A stretch of 64,000 nt of DNA, from the NCBI GenBank assembly GCA_963675935.2, contig CAXXPV010000007.1:133038-197037 (forward strand). Reading direction: 5' to 3'. Shown in pieces: positions 29,531 through 38,947 of this stretch. Position 1 is the stretch's first letter. Each line of letters begins with the position of its first letter. The translations under genes were made by a program, and so were the position numbers. The notes under the pieces were generated by a model, which worked only from the letters and a program-made list of their open reading frames with translations, did no database searches and was not told the DNA's origin. Origin of the DNA: Thermoguttaceae bacterium (GTDB taxonomy: Bacteria; Planctomycetota; Planctomycetia; Pirellulales; Thermoguttaceae).

Positions 29531-29910
29531 ATGATGGGAGAGATCATTTATAAAGACGAGAGTTACGCGATTGTCGGCGCGTGCTTCGAGGTCTATAAGG
29601 AAATGGGTGTGGGTTTCTCGAAGCCGTCTATCAGGAATGTATGGAAATCGAATTGGACATTCAGAGCATCCCATTTCGTCCGCGATCGGAGCTTTTGCTG
29701 AAATACAAGGAGCGTCAGCTTAAACAGAAATACATTCCCGATCTGATTTGCTACGATAAGATCGTCGTCGAACTAAAGGCTGTAAAAGAACTGGCCGACG
29801 AGCATCGCGCCCAAGTCCATAATTACCTGAAAGCAACCGGCATGAAACTCGGACTCCTCGTCAACTTCGGGCATTACCCTAAAGTGGAATACGAACGAAT
29901 CGTAAGATAA
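29531..29910 (+). pseudogene. GxxExxY family (PD-(D/E)xK-like) protein, apparently frameshifted
   Basis: From the ATG at 29531: MMGEIIYKDESYAIVGACFEVYKEMGVGF. The frame is then lost near 29616-29620. The family sequence continues in another frame as (L)EAVYQECMEIELDIQSIPF...ELKAVKEL...HRAQVHNYLKATGMKLGLLVNFG. A 1-nt deletion or a sequencing error would explain this. Confidence 0.7.
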
Positions 29911-29957
29911 ATACGAATGCAACAACAAGTCCATAACAATCACGAAGAATCCTTAAC

Positions 29958-30150
29958 AACCACGAAATACACGAAATAGGGAGAAATAGAAGAATTGATA
30001 AATTGATATTGGAGATTGATTGGAGCGTCGAGTAGCAGATGATTGTCAAAAAACATTATGGCCTTTTGTCTTCCTTTCGTGGATTTCGTGTATTTCGTGG
30101 TTTAATAGTTTTTTGCTTTCTTTGTTTTCTTTTTGCATTTCGTGTTTGAA
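29958..30150. repeat. about 190-bp hairpin-forming repeat, copy 2 (direct repeat of 29322-29512)
   Basis: aaccacgaaatacacgaaatagg...ttgtcttcctttcgtggatttcgtgtatttcgtggtttaatagttttttgc...ttttgcatttcgtgtttgaa. It is collinear with copy 1, with scattered mismatches and small indels. Confidence 0.8.
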
Positions 30151-30170
30151 AAGCGTAGAAGGAATATCGC

Positions 30171-31298
30171 GTGAATAAGCTCAAAGTGGTAACGGTAGTA
30201 GGTACTCGGCCCGAGATTATCCGTCTGTCGCGGGTCATGGCGGCCCTAGACCGTGAGTGCGAACACGTTCTGGTTCATACCGGCCAAAACTACGACTATG
30301 AACTTAACGAGATATTTTTCACCGATCTGGGAATCCGCAAGCCGGACCATTTTCTCAACGCCGCCGGCGCGAACGCGGCCGAAACGATCGGGCAAGTCAT
30401 CGCCAAGTCTGACGCCGTTTTGGCGGAGGTAGCTCCGCAGGCGTTTTTGGTCCTTGGCGACACGAACAGTTGCCTGGCCGCGATTTCAGCGAAACGCCGC
30501 AAAATCCCCGTCTTCCACATGGAGGCCGGCAACCGTTGCTTCGACCAGCGCGTGCCCGAGGAAATCAACCGCAAGATCGTCGATCACACGAGCGACATCA
30601 ACATGCCGTACAGCGACATTTCCCGCGAGTATTTATTGCGGGAAGGCTTGCCGCCGGACCGGGTGATCAAAACCGGCAGTCCGATGTACGAAGTGCTGAT
30701 GCACTACCGCGAAAAAATCGAGCGGTCCGATGTGCTCGAACGATTGAAGCTGAAAGAGCGGGATTATTTCGTCGTCAGCGCCCATCGCGAAGAGAACATC
30801 GACTCGCCGTCGCAATTCGCCAAACTCGTCAAACTGCTCAACGGATTGGCCGAAGTCTATAAGAAGCGGGTGATTGTCTCGACGCATCCGCGGACGCGAA
30901 AGCGAATCGACCGGGATCAGGCGGTGATTGACTCGCGGGTCGAGTTGATGAAGCCGTTGGGTTTCTGCGACTACAACAAGCTGCAATTGAACGCGGCGGC
31001 GGCGTTGTCCGACAGCGGCACGATCAGCGAAGAATCGTCGATCCTGAACTTCCCGGCCTTGAATATCCGCGAAGCCCACGAGCGACCCGAGGGCATGGAA
31101 GAAGCCGCTGTGATGATGACGGGGCTGGAGTTCGAGAATGTCGAGCGCGGTTTGGCCGTTTTGGCCGGGCAAAAGCGGGGCGACGAACGGACGCTGCGGT
31201 TGGTGAACGATTACAGCATGCCCAATGTGTCGGAAAAGGTTGTGCGGATTATTTTGAGCTACACCGATTACGTGAATCGGACGGTGTGGAGGAAGTAA
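30171..31298 (+). CDS. fnlC: UDP-N-acetylglucosamine 2-epimerase, non-hydrolysing (FnlC/CapG/WecB type)
   Basis: [53 protein letters not shown] and [12 protein letters not shown] start with SD gaaggaa. Confidence 0.85.
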   Translation: MNKLKVVTVVGTRPEIIRLSRVMAALDRECEHVLVHTGQNYDYELNEIFFTDLGIRKPDHFLNAAGANAAETIGQVIAKSDAVLAEVAPQAFLVLGDTNSCLAAISAKRRKIPVFHMEAGNRCFDQRVPEEINRKIVDHTSDINMPYSDISREYLLREGLPPDRVIKTGSPMYEVLMHYREKIERSDVLERLKLKERDYFVVSAHREENIDSPSQFAKLVKLLNGLAEVYKKRVIVSTHPRTRKRIDRDQAVIDSRVELMKPLGFCDYNKLQLNAAAALSDSGTISEESSILNFPALNIREAHERPEGMEEAAVMMTGLEFENVERGLAVLAGQKRGDERTLRLVNDYSMPNVSEKVVRIILSYTDYVNRTVWRK

Positions 31299-31324
31299 GG
31301 ACGCGGATTGCCAGCGAAACGTCG

Positions 31325-32545
31325 ATGAAGATACTTTTCGTAACACAGTGGTTTCCTCCGGAACCAGCAAAGCTCCTCCTGGATCTGACGACTTGCGCCC
31401 GCGCCGCGGGGCACGAGTTGACGGTGCTCACGGGGTTTCCGAACTATCCCATGGGAAAACTGTATCCGGGTTATCGGCTGAAGCTGTGGCAGCGGGAAAC
31501 GATCGAGGGCGTTCCGATCATCCGAGTGCCGTTGTATCCCGAGCATAGCGGATCCGCATGGCGGCGTGTGCTCAACTACCTATCGTTTGCGTTATCCGCT
31601 GCGATCATTGGGCCGTGGTTGGTTCCTCGCGTCGATGTAATTCATTTCCACCATCCGCCGTTGACGGCGGCGTTTCCGGCTTGGTTGCTCAGTCGCATGT
31701 CACGTACGCCATTGACGTGCGAAATTCAGGACATGTGGCCGGAGACGCTGGCGGCAACGGGGATGTTGAACAATTCTCGCCTGCTGAAGGTTGTCGGCTG
31801 GTGCGCTAAACGGGTCTATAATGCCACGGATGCGATACGCGTCATCTCGCAAGGCTTTCGCGACAATTTGATTCAAAAGGGCGTCCCCTCTGAAAAAATC
31901 CACGTGATCTCGAATTGGGTGGACGCCGATTTTTACCGTCCGCAGGAGCCCGACCATGCTCTGGCGGAAAAGCTTGGACTGGCCGACCGTTTTAATATCA
32001 TGTTCGCCGGAACGATCGGTTTGGCTCAAGGGCTCGAGACGGTGTTGGACGCCGCGGCCTTGCTGAGCGATTTGCCGCGGTTGCAGTTCGTGCTGGTGGG
32101 CGACGGCGCCGATTCCAGCCGTTTAGAGGAGTTGGCCCGACAACGCGGTTTGAGCAACGTGAAGTTTTTGGGACGCTATCCGGGCGATCAAATGCCCAAG
32201 ATGTATGCCTTGGCCGACGTGCTGCTGATCCACCTTCGCGACGATCCTTTATTCCGCATCACGATTCCACACAAAGTATTTACCTATCTGGCAAGCGCCA
32301 AGCCGATCCTGGCGGCTCTTGAAGGCGATCCAGCCGAAGTGGTTCGGTCGGCCGAGGCGGGCATTGCCTGTCCGCCCAGCAATCCCCAGGCGCTGGCCGA
32401 CGCAGCGCGGCGATTGTACGAAATGCCGTCGGATCAATTGCAAACGATGGGCCGGCGCGGCCGCCTCGCCGTCCGCGAATGCTACGACCGCGATCGTTTG
32501 ATCGGACAAGTATTAACCATGTGGCAATCGGCGATTCAGAAGTAA
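31325..32545 (+). CDS. WbuB-like family 4 glycosyltransferase (L-FucNAc transferase-like)
   Basis: MKILFVTQWFPPEP...GHELTVLTGFPNYPMGKLYPGY and the position directly after fnlABC are typical of WbuB-like enzymes. Confidence 0.75.
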   Translation: MKILFVTQWFPPEPAKLLLDLTTCARAAGHELTVLTGFPNYPMGKLYPGYRLKLWQRETIEGVPIIRVPLYPEHSGSAWRRVLNYLSFALSAAIIGPWLVPRVDVIHFHHPPLTAAFPAWLLSRMSRTPLTCEIQDMWPETLAATGMLNNSRLLKVVGWCAKRVYNATDAIRVISQGFRDNLIQKGVPSEKIHVISNWVDADFYRPQEPDHALAEKLGLADRFNIMFAGTIGLAQGLETVLDAAALLSDLPRLQFVLVGDGADSSRLEELARQRGLSNVKFLGRYPGDQMPKMYALADVLLIHLRDDPLFRITIPHKVFTYLASAKPILAALEGDPAEVVRSAEAGIACPPSNPQALADAARRLYEMPSDQLQTMGRRGRLAVRECYDRDRLIGQVLTMWQSAIQK

Positions 32546-32558
32546 AGGCGGTTTCCGC

Positions 32559-33200
32559 ATGACGCTCTACCAGTGTTTTATGAAACGAACCATGGATATT
32601 GCGGGATCCGCGTTCGGACTCCTGATCCTAGCGCCCGTGCTCTTGCCGGTAGCGGTGATTGTCCGTCTGACGATGGGTTCGCCGGTTTTCTTCTGCCAGC
32701 AACGGCCCGGGCTTTACGGCAAACCCTTTATGATGCGCAAATTCCGCACGATGCGCGACGCCGTGGATGATCGAGGAGACGCATTGCCCGATGGCCAACG
32801 ATTGACCAACGTCGGCCGATTTCTTCGCCGAACGAGTTTGGACGAGTTGCCGGAGTTGTACAATGTATTGCGGGGCGACATGAGCCTTGTGGGGCCTCGC
32901 CCACTGCTGATGCGCTATCTGCCCTATTTCACCCCGCGCGAACAACTGCGTCATACGGTGCGTCCCGGCATTACCGGCTTGGCCCAGATCAATGGCCGCA
33001 ACGAGGCTTCCTGGGATGAACGGTTGGCGAACGATGTCTGGTATGTCGAGCATTGGAGTTTATTTTTGGACATGAAGATCCTCTTCATGACGTTGTTTCA
33101 TGCTTTTCATCAGAAGGGCGTCGTGGTCGATGCTTCCACGATTATGAAAAATCTTGACGAGGAACGGAAAGAATCGATTTCACGCGGGAATCAACCATGA
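32559..33200 (+). CDS. small monotopic phosphoglycosyl transferase (bacterial sugar transferase family, PglC/EpsL-like)
   Basis: KRTMDIAGSAFGLLILAPVLL, FFCQQRPGLYGKPFMMRKFRTM, DELPELYNVLRGDMSLVGPRP and PGITGLAQINGRN. The start may be the Met at 32580. Confidence 0.85.
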   Translation: MTLYQCFMKRTMDIAGSAFGLLILAPVLLPVAVIVRLTMGSPVFFCQQRPGLYGKPFMMRKFRTMRDAVDDRGDALPDGQRLTNVGRFLRRTSLDELPELYNVLRGDMSLVGPRPLLMRYLPYFTPREQLRHTVRPGITGLAQINGRNEASWDERLANDVWYVEHWSLFLDMKILFMTLFHAFHQKGVVVDASTIMKNLDEERKESISRGNQP

Positions 33201-34012
33201 AACGAGTCTGCGACATCCGGCCCGCCGTCGTTGAGAACGCGGATGCGATCGTTTCCGTCATGCGAGACGGATTCGACAGCCGCTTGCTTGAACTGTTCAT
33301 TTACGGGTGCGATGGAATCGCTTCTTTTGTGGCCGAGGAAATTGCGATACAAGACCGCGGCGGCGACTCGCATTTCACCGTCGCTCTTGTCGATGGAGAA
33401 CTGGTGGCATGCGTCGAGTTGAAGCGATTTTCGCGGAGCTTGTTTCTAAACTACATTGCAGTGCGTCCGGCCTTCCGCTCGCAGGGACTGGCGAGGCAGG
33501 TATTGCGCGAAGCAATCGGATTTGCAGGGATGGAGGGGCGACGGGAAATGGCCCTCGACGTGTTAATTCACAATACGACTCCTTGCGAATGGTATGAGCG
33601 GCTCGGATTTCAAACGACCGGGCACACAACCTGGTGGACGATGCCGTTGACGCCGGGACTGGCGGATCCCGTTCTGGTTCGGGGGTATCCTCAGGCCGAG
33701 GCGTGTCAACGCACCTTCGGGTTTTCCATGCTGACCATCACGGCAGCAGGACGCGAATACAGCGTCGGTCGGTTGGGTACGCAATGGTATCGCATCACGG
33801 ATCCTGCGATTATGAGTGTGCCGGGAGCGCTTACGGCATTGTCGCGATTGGATGCCTCGCGCCGCATTTTGCTGTTGACGCCCGATGCAACCACCCTCAT
33901 CAATCCGCAGGCTGAACTAGCAGCCCAATCTCGCCGCATGGCGGTGGCTCTCGACGCACTTCAAACCCGATTGTCGAATCGCTGCAACGACGGCAGGAGT
34001 ACACCGCGATGA
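33197..34012 (+). CDS. GNAT-family N-acetyltransferase domain protein with extra C-terminal domain
   Basis: LNYIAVRPAFRSQGLARQVLREAI matches the acetyl-CoA binding motif (Q/RxxGxG/A). ATGA overlap with the upstream gene. Confidence 0.55.
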   Translation: MKRVCDIRPAVVENADAIVSVMRDGFDSRLLELFIYGCDGIASFVAEEIAIQDRGGDSHFTVALVDGELVACVELKRFSRSLFLNYIAVRPAFRSQGLARQVLREAIGFAGMEGRREMALDVLIHNTTPCEWYERLGFQTTGHTTWWTMPLTPGLADPVLVRGYPQAEACQRTFGFSMLTITAAGREYSVGRLGTQWYRITDPAIMSVPGALTALSRLDASRRILLLTPDATTLINPQAELAAQSRRMAVALDALQTRLSNRCNDGRSTPR

Positions 34013-34944
34013 ATATCACGAAAACCGCTTGCAAAACCGACGCATTTACAAGGCCCTATCGGCTTTATGTGAATGCGAGGACGGCGTTCAAGTCGTTTTT
34101 AACGGCCGTCAAACTCGCGCCCAAGGAAAGTGTGTTGTTGCCGGCCTATGTAGGCTGGTCGGCCAAAGAAGGGTCCGGCGTGTTTGATCCCGTGGCTGAA
34201 CTTGGACTTCCTTACGACTTCTATCGACTTGACGATCGCTTGCACATCGACTTGGATGATCTGGAACATCGTCTTCAAAAGGGCGAGGTGCGCGTGGTGG
34301 TGCTGATTCACTACTTCGGCTATGTCGATCCGCATTACGCGGAGGCAGTCGCGATTGCCCGCCGCTATGGAGCGTGGGTGCTTGAAGACGAAGCGCACGC
34401 CTTGCTCACGGATTGGGTGGGTGGGGCATCCGGCCGCCTGGGCGACGCCGTCATATTTTCGCTTCATAAGATGTTGCCGATGCCCTTAGGCGGCATGCTC
34501 CTGGTTGCCGCGAAGCATGCTCCCTTGCTGGAACGCATTGCCGACGCCGCCGATATGGCGCTGCTGCCCTGGAATTACGATTTTCACGAGATCGCCGCAT
34601 GTCGCCTGCGAAATGCGGCGTATCTGGCGGAGTTATTGAAGCCGCTTGCCGGCGACATTCAGCCGTTGCGGGAATCGTCTTCTCAAGTTGAAATTCCACA
34701 AACATTCCCCGTTGTCGTAAATCGTGTTTCTCGCGATGATTTATACTTCAAATTGAACGAGTCCGGGTTTGGCGTTGTAAGTTTGTATCACACCATGATC
34801 CCCCAAATCAGTCGCGAAGAGTTCCCCGATGCTCATCGAGTCGCCAAAACAATACTCAATCTTCCAGTGCATCAAGACGCCGGCCCTCAACAGCTTGCCG
34901 CCATGGTGCAACAGATGGCGAATCTCTTGCGGACAATGTCTTAA
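34009..34944 (+). CDS. DegT/DnrJ/EryC1/StrS-like PLP-fold protein (short, divergent)
   Basis: ARTAFKSFLTAVKLAPKESVLLPAY..., EDEAHAL and IFSLHKMLPMPLGG (SxHxxK-type Lys). ATGA overlap with the upstream gene. Confidence 0.5.
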   Translation: MNITKTACKTDAFTRPYRLYVNARTAFKSFLTAVKLAPKESVLLPAYVGWSAKEGSGVFDPVAELGLPYDFYRLDDRLHIDLDDLEHRLQKGEVRVVVLIHYFGYVDPHYAEAVAIARRYGAWVLEDEAHALLTDWVGGASGRLGDAVIFSLHKMLPMPLGGMLLVAAKHAPLLERIADAADMALLPWNYDFHEIAACRLRNAAYLAELLKPLAGDIQPLRESSSQVEIPQTFPVVVNRVSRDDLYFKLNESGFGVVSLYHTMIPQISREEFPDAHRVAKTILNLPVHQDAGPQQLAAMVQQMANLLRTMS

Positions 34945-34959
34945 CCACACAAATATCTT

Positions 34960-36033
34960 ATGAACGGCTCAATCCTGACGATCTTGGATGACCTTGGGCC
35001 AGAATGCAAGTCTCGCTGGCGAGAGATGTGGCAATCCTGGCCCGATCGCGAAGTCTACGCCCATCCCGATTACCTGCGGCTTTTCGCCAAGCCCGAAGAT
35101 CGCGTGCTCTGCGCGGCCCTGCAAACCGCCGAGGGTGGCGTGTTGTTTCCGTTCCTCATGCGATCCATCGCCGCTGAACCCTGGGCCGCGTCCGGCGAAA
35201 CGGCCTGGGATGTCATCAGCCCCTACGGCTATGGCGGCGCGTTCGCTTGGAATGCGACCGACGACGACGCCAAGACTTTTTGGAATCAATTTCAGGCGTG
35301 GTGCGAAACGTCGGGCGTCGCCTCGTCGTTCGTGCGGCTGTCGCTCTTTCCCGACCAGATTTTGCCCTTCGACGGCACGGTCGAGACAAAGCAGCAAAAC
35401 ATCGTGCGAAGCCTCGATCTCGATCCTGAAGGTCTGTGGCAAGACTACGAACACAAGGTTCGGAAGAACGTCAACCGCGCAAAAAAAGAAGGATTGACCG
35501 CGGAAATCGACTTGACGGGAAATCGCCTCGAAGAGTTCCTCTCGATCTATCACGCCACGATGGACCGCCGTGAGGCGGATGCGGCCTATTTCTTCCCGCG
35601 GGAATTTTTTGAAACAATTGTGCGGCAACTCGCCGGCCAATATGTGTTTGTCCACGTGTTCGACGGCGCGACGATGGTTTCGACCGAACTGGTTCTCGTC
35701 TCTGCTCGTCACATATACTCCTATCTCGGCGGGACTTTGTCCGACGCCTTTCCTAAACGCGCGAACGATCTTCTGAAACATGAGGCCGTTCTTTGGGGGC
35801 AACAGGCGGGCAAACAAGCCTATGTTTTGGGCGGCGGCTACGGCGGCGACGACGGCATCTACCGCTACAAAAAATCGTTTGCCCCCGCCGGCAGCGTCCC
35901 CTTTCGCGTCGGTATGAAAATACACAACGAATCCGTTTATACACGGTTGGTGCAACAACGCCGCCAATGGGAACAAGGCCGCGGCAATTCGTGGCAACCC
36001 AAGGCGGGTTGGTTTCCTGATTATCGAGCCTAA
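34960..36033 (+). CDS. FemAB-like / GNAT (acetyltransf_6-like) family protein
   Basis: Two-lobed protein of about 357 aa. ...YEHKVRKNVNRAKKEGL..., FVHVFDGATMVSTELVLVSARHIYSYLGGT and YRYKKSF match the FemAB/BioF2-like pattern seen in EPS loci. Confidence 0.5.
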   Translation: MNGSILTILDDLGPECKSRWREMWQSWPDREVYAHPDYLRLFAKPEDRVLCAALQTAEGGVLFPFLMRSIAAEPWAASGETAWDVISPYGYGGAFAWNATDDDAKTFWNQFQAWCETSGVASSFVRLSLFPDQILPFDGTVETKQQNIVRSLDLDPEGLWQDYEHKVRKNVNRAKKEGLTAEIDLTGNRLEEFLSIYHATMDRREADAAYFFPREFFETIVRQLAGQYVFVHVFDGATMVSTELVLVSARHIYSYLGGTLSDAFPKRANDLLKHEAVLWGQQAGKQAYVLGGGYGGDDGIYRYKKSFAPAGSVPFRVGMKIHNESVYTRLVQQRRQWEQGRGNSWQPKAGWFPDYRA

Positions 36034-36042
36034 GAATTATCA

Positions 36043-37188
36043 ATGAGCACTACACCTTCTCCCCGAGTTTATCTGTCTTCCCCGCACATGTCCGGGCACG
36101 AGCGCAATCTCCTGCTCGAAGCGTTCGACTCGAATTGGATCGCGCCGCTTGGGCCCCAGGTCAACGCCTTCGAGAAGGAGTTCGCCGAGAAGATCGGCGT
36201 TGCCAATGCCGTGGCCCTTTCCTCCGGCACGGCCGCGCTGCACCTCTCGCTGATTCTCCTGGGCGTGCAGCCGGGCGATGAAGTGATTACCTCGACGCTC
36301 ACTTTTTCGGCCACGGCCAACGCCATCACCTATCTCGGCGCAAAGCCGGTGTTCATCGACAGCAACCGGGAAACATGGAACATGGACCCCGATCTGCTGG
36401 CCGAAGAACTATCCGCCTGCCGAAAACGCGGCAAGATGCCCAAGGCGGTCGTCCCGGTCGATCTCTACGGCCAGTGTGCCGACTACGACCGCATCCTGCC
36501 CATTTGCCAAGAATACAACGTACCCATTATTGAAGACGCCGCCGAAGCGCTCGGCGCGACCTATCGCGGCAAAATGGCCGGCAACTTCGGCGTGTTGAAC
36601 TGCTTCTCGTTCAACGGGAACAAGATCATCACGACCAGCGGCGGCGGAATGTTGGTCTCCGAGAACAAGGAGTGGATCGACCGCGCGCGGTTCCTTTCGA
36701 CGCAAGCCCGCGACCCCGCGCCGCACTACCAACATTCGCAGATCGGCTACAACTACCGTATGAGCAACCTGTTGGCGGCCGTGGGGCGAGGACAACTCCG
36801 CGTACTCGACGAGCGAGTCGAGCAACGGCGGGCGAATAATCAATTTTACCGCGAGGCGTTCGCCAATCTGCCGGGCATCGGCTTCATGCCGCAGTTCCCC
36901 ACCGGACGCCCCACTTGCTGGCTGACCTGCATCACGGTCGATCCCGAAATGTTCGGCGCCGACCGTGAGGCGATTCGTCTGGCCTTGGATAAGGAAAACA
37001 TTGAGGCTCGGCCCGTTTGGAAGCCAATGCACTTGCAGCCGGTATTCGCCGATTGCCGGGTGCGCGGCGGCCGTGTGGCGGCCGATCTGTTCGACCGCGG
37101 CCTTTGTTTGCCAAGCGGGTCGAATCTTGCGGCCGACGACCGCCTGAGGGTCGCAACGATCGTCAGGCAGGCCAATCCGACAAAATAA
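36043..37188 (+). CDS. DegT/DnrJ/EryC1/StrS family sugar aminotransferase (EpsN/PglE-like)
   Basis: YLSSPHMSGHERNLLLEAFDSNWIAPLGPQVNAFEKEF, SSGTAALHL, IIEDAAEALGA, and FSFNGNKIITTSGGGM (PLP Lys). Confidence 0.85.
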   Translation: MSTTPSPRVYLSSPHMSGHERNLLLEAFDSNWIAPLGPQVNAFEKEFAEKIGVANAVALSSGTAALHLSLILLGVQPGDEVITSTLTFSATANAITYLGAKPVFIDSNRETWNMDPDLLAEELSACRKRGKMPKAVVPVDLYGQCADYDRILPICQEYNVPIIEDAAEALGATYRGKMAGNFGVLNCFSFNGNKIITTSGGGMLVSENKEWIDRARFLSTQARDPAPHYQHSQIGYNYRMSNLLAAVGRGQLRVLDERVEQRRANNQFYREAFANLPGIGFMPQFPTGRPTCWLTCITVDPEMFGADREAIRLALDKENIEARPVWKPMHLQPVFADCRVRGGRVAADLFDRGLCLPSGSNLAADDRLRVATIVRQANPTK

Positions 37189-37209
37189 ATCAACTGGAGA
37201 GTATTTACC

Positions 37210-37449
37210 ATGGCGTTATTTGATCGCGTGGCTGCAATTTTTGAGAAGACTTTCGGCGCGAAGGCCGGCACATTCTCGCTGGACGTGGCGCCCGAGGACA
37301 TCTTGCCCTGGGACTCGCTCGGCCACATGAATCTCGTCACGGAACTGGAAAACGCCTTCGGCATCCAGTTTGAGGTGGATGAAATCACCGAATTGAGTTC
37401 CGGCCGAAAAATCCTCGAAGTCTTGAAGGCGAAGGGAGTGCAAGATTAG
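37210..37449 (+). CDS. acyl carrier protein
   Basis: 79 aa. WDSLGHMNLVTELENAFGIQF carries the DSL phosphopantetheine-attachment motif. Confidence 0.75.
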   Translation: MALFDRVAAIFEKTFGAKAGTFSLDVAPEDILPWDSLGHMNLVTELENAFGIQFEVDEITELSSGRKILEVLKAKGVQD

Positions 37450-37462
37450 CCGTTCCGAGAAC

Positions 37463-38938
37463 GTGGCCGAAGCGATTCTCTCGGGCGGCGGCGACGATGC
37501 GCCCGCCGTCTACCACGGGAGCGCACTGCTCACGCACGGCGAACTGCGAGCCGCCGCCGGAGATTGGCACTTTCGCCTCCGGGAGCGAGGGCTTTCTCTC
37601 GGTGATCGAGTGGGAATTATCTCGGAGAACGGCCCCTTTTTCATCGCGGCCTACTTGGGCGCGATCCGCGCGGGCCTCTGCGCGGTTCCGATGCCCGTCG
37701 ATTGCGCCGACGCCACGTTCGAACGAATCGTCGCCTCCACCGGAATGAAATACCTCATCGTCTCGGCTCGACTTCAACCTCGAATCCAACCGTTCGCCGA
37801 GCGGCTCGGTTTGCCGCTGGAGTCGGAGACCGATGCGCCGCCGCGTGCCGGTCGCGGAATGTTTCCCGCAGTCGAGGTGAACCCGACGCGCGACCTTGCC
37901 GCCATCATGTATACTTCCGGCTCGACGGGCGACGTGAAGGGTGTGATGGTCACGCACCGCAACATCGCGGTCAACACCGAAGACATTTTGAGCTACATGC
38001 GGCTTGGCCCCGATGACCGAGCGATGACGGTCTTGCCATTCTACTATTGTTTTGGAACGTCGCTTTTGCACACGCTTCTGACGGTCGGCGGGTCGCTGGT
38101 GGTCAACAACCGATTCTTGTTTCCCGAAAAAGTGCTCGACGAAATGGAGGAGCGGCGTTGCACGGGGCTGGCCGGCGTTCCCGCAACCTACCAGATACTC
38201 CTCCGCAAAACGCATTTCGCTCGGCGCAAGTTTCCGGCCTTGCGGTGGCTCCAGCAGGCCGGCGGACGACTGCCCAATCCGCTGATCCGCGAAATTCGCC
38301 AATCGCTGCCCGAGGCGAAGCTTTTTATCATGTATGGCCAGACCGAGGCCACCGCGCGGCTGAGCTACCTGCCGCCCGAGTTGCTCGACGAGAAACTCGG
38401 CTCGATCGGCCGCGGTCTGCCGCACACGCGGCTTGAAGTGCTTCGGCCCAACGGTTCACCCATCGAGCCGGGCACGGACGAGGTGGGCGAGATCGCCGCC
38501 GGCGGCGAGAACATCACCCCGGGCTACTGGAACGACCCCGAGGAAACCGCCCGCTATTTCCGCGACGGGCGACTGTTCACCGGCGACATGGCACGAATCG
38601 ACGCCGACGGATTCATTTACATCGTCGAGCGGGCGCGCGACTTCATCAAGGCGATGGGCCATCGCGTCGGCCCGAAAGAAATCGAGGAGACGCTGGCCGA
38701 AATGCCCGACGTTGTCGAGGCGGCGGTCATCGGAGTTCCCGACGAACTGTGCGGCGAGGCAGTCGCGGCCTTCGTCGTCGCCGTCCGTCCGGGACAGCTC
38801 ACGGCCGACGCGGTGCGCGAGCATTGCATGAAGAAGCTGCCCAACTACAAGATACCCAAGCGAGTGGAGTTTCTGCCAAGTCTGCCGAAGACCGGCAACG
38901 GCAAGGTGGATAAGCCGGCGCTGCGAAAATTGCCCTAG
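37463..38938 (+). CDS. AMP-dependent acyl-CoA/acyl-ACP synthetase (ANL superfamily)
   Basis: IMYTSGSTGDVKGV, YGQTEAT, TGDMARIDADGFIYIVERARDFIK, and PKTGNGKVDK. GTG start. Confidence 0.85.
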   Translation: MAEAILSGGGDDAPAVYHGSALLTHGELRAAAGDWHFRLRERGLSLGDRVGIISENGPFFIAAYLGAIRAGLCAVPMPVDCADATFERIVASTGMKYLIVSARLQPRIQPFAERLGLPLESETDAPPRAGRGMFPAVEVNPTRDLAAIMYTSGSTGDVKGVMVTHRNIAVNTEDILSYMRLGPDDRAMTVLPFYYCFGTSLLHTLLTVGGSLVVNNRFLFPEKVLDEMEERRCTGLAGVPATYQILLRKTHFARRKFPALRWLQQAGGRLPNPLIREIRQSLPEAKLFIMYGQTEATARLSYLPPELLDEKLGSIGRGLPHTRLEVLRPNGSPIEPGTDEVGEIAAGGENITPGYWNDPEETARYFRDGRLFTGDMARIDADGFIYIVERARDFIKAMGHRVGPKEIEETLAEMPDVVEAAVIGVPDELCGEAVAAFVVAVRPGQLTADAVREHCMKKLPNYKIPKRVEFLPSLPKTGNGKVDKPALRKLP

Positions 38939-38947
38939 GAGACCATC

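Noticed and set aside
29271-30170. Insertion sequence or transposon between fnlB and fnlC
   Set aside because: No transposase or integrase ORF is present. The flanking repeats are direct copies with internal hairpins rather than terminal inverted repeats of an IS. It is described as a repeat-bracketed cassette instead.
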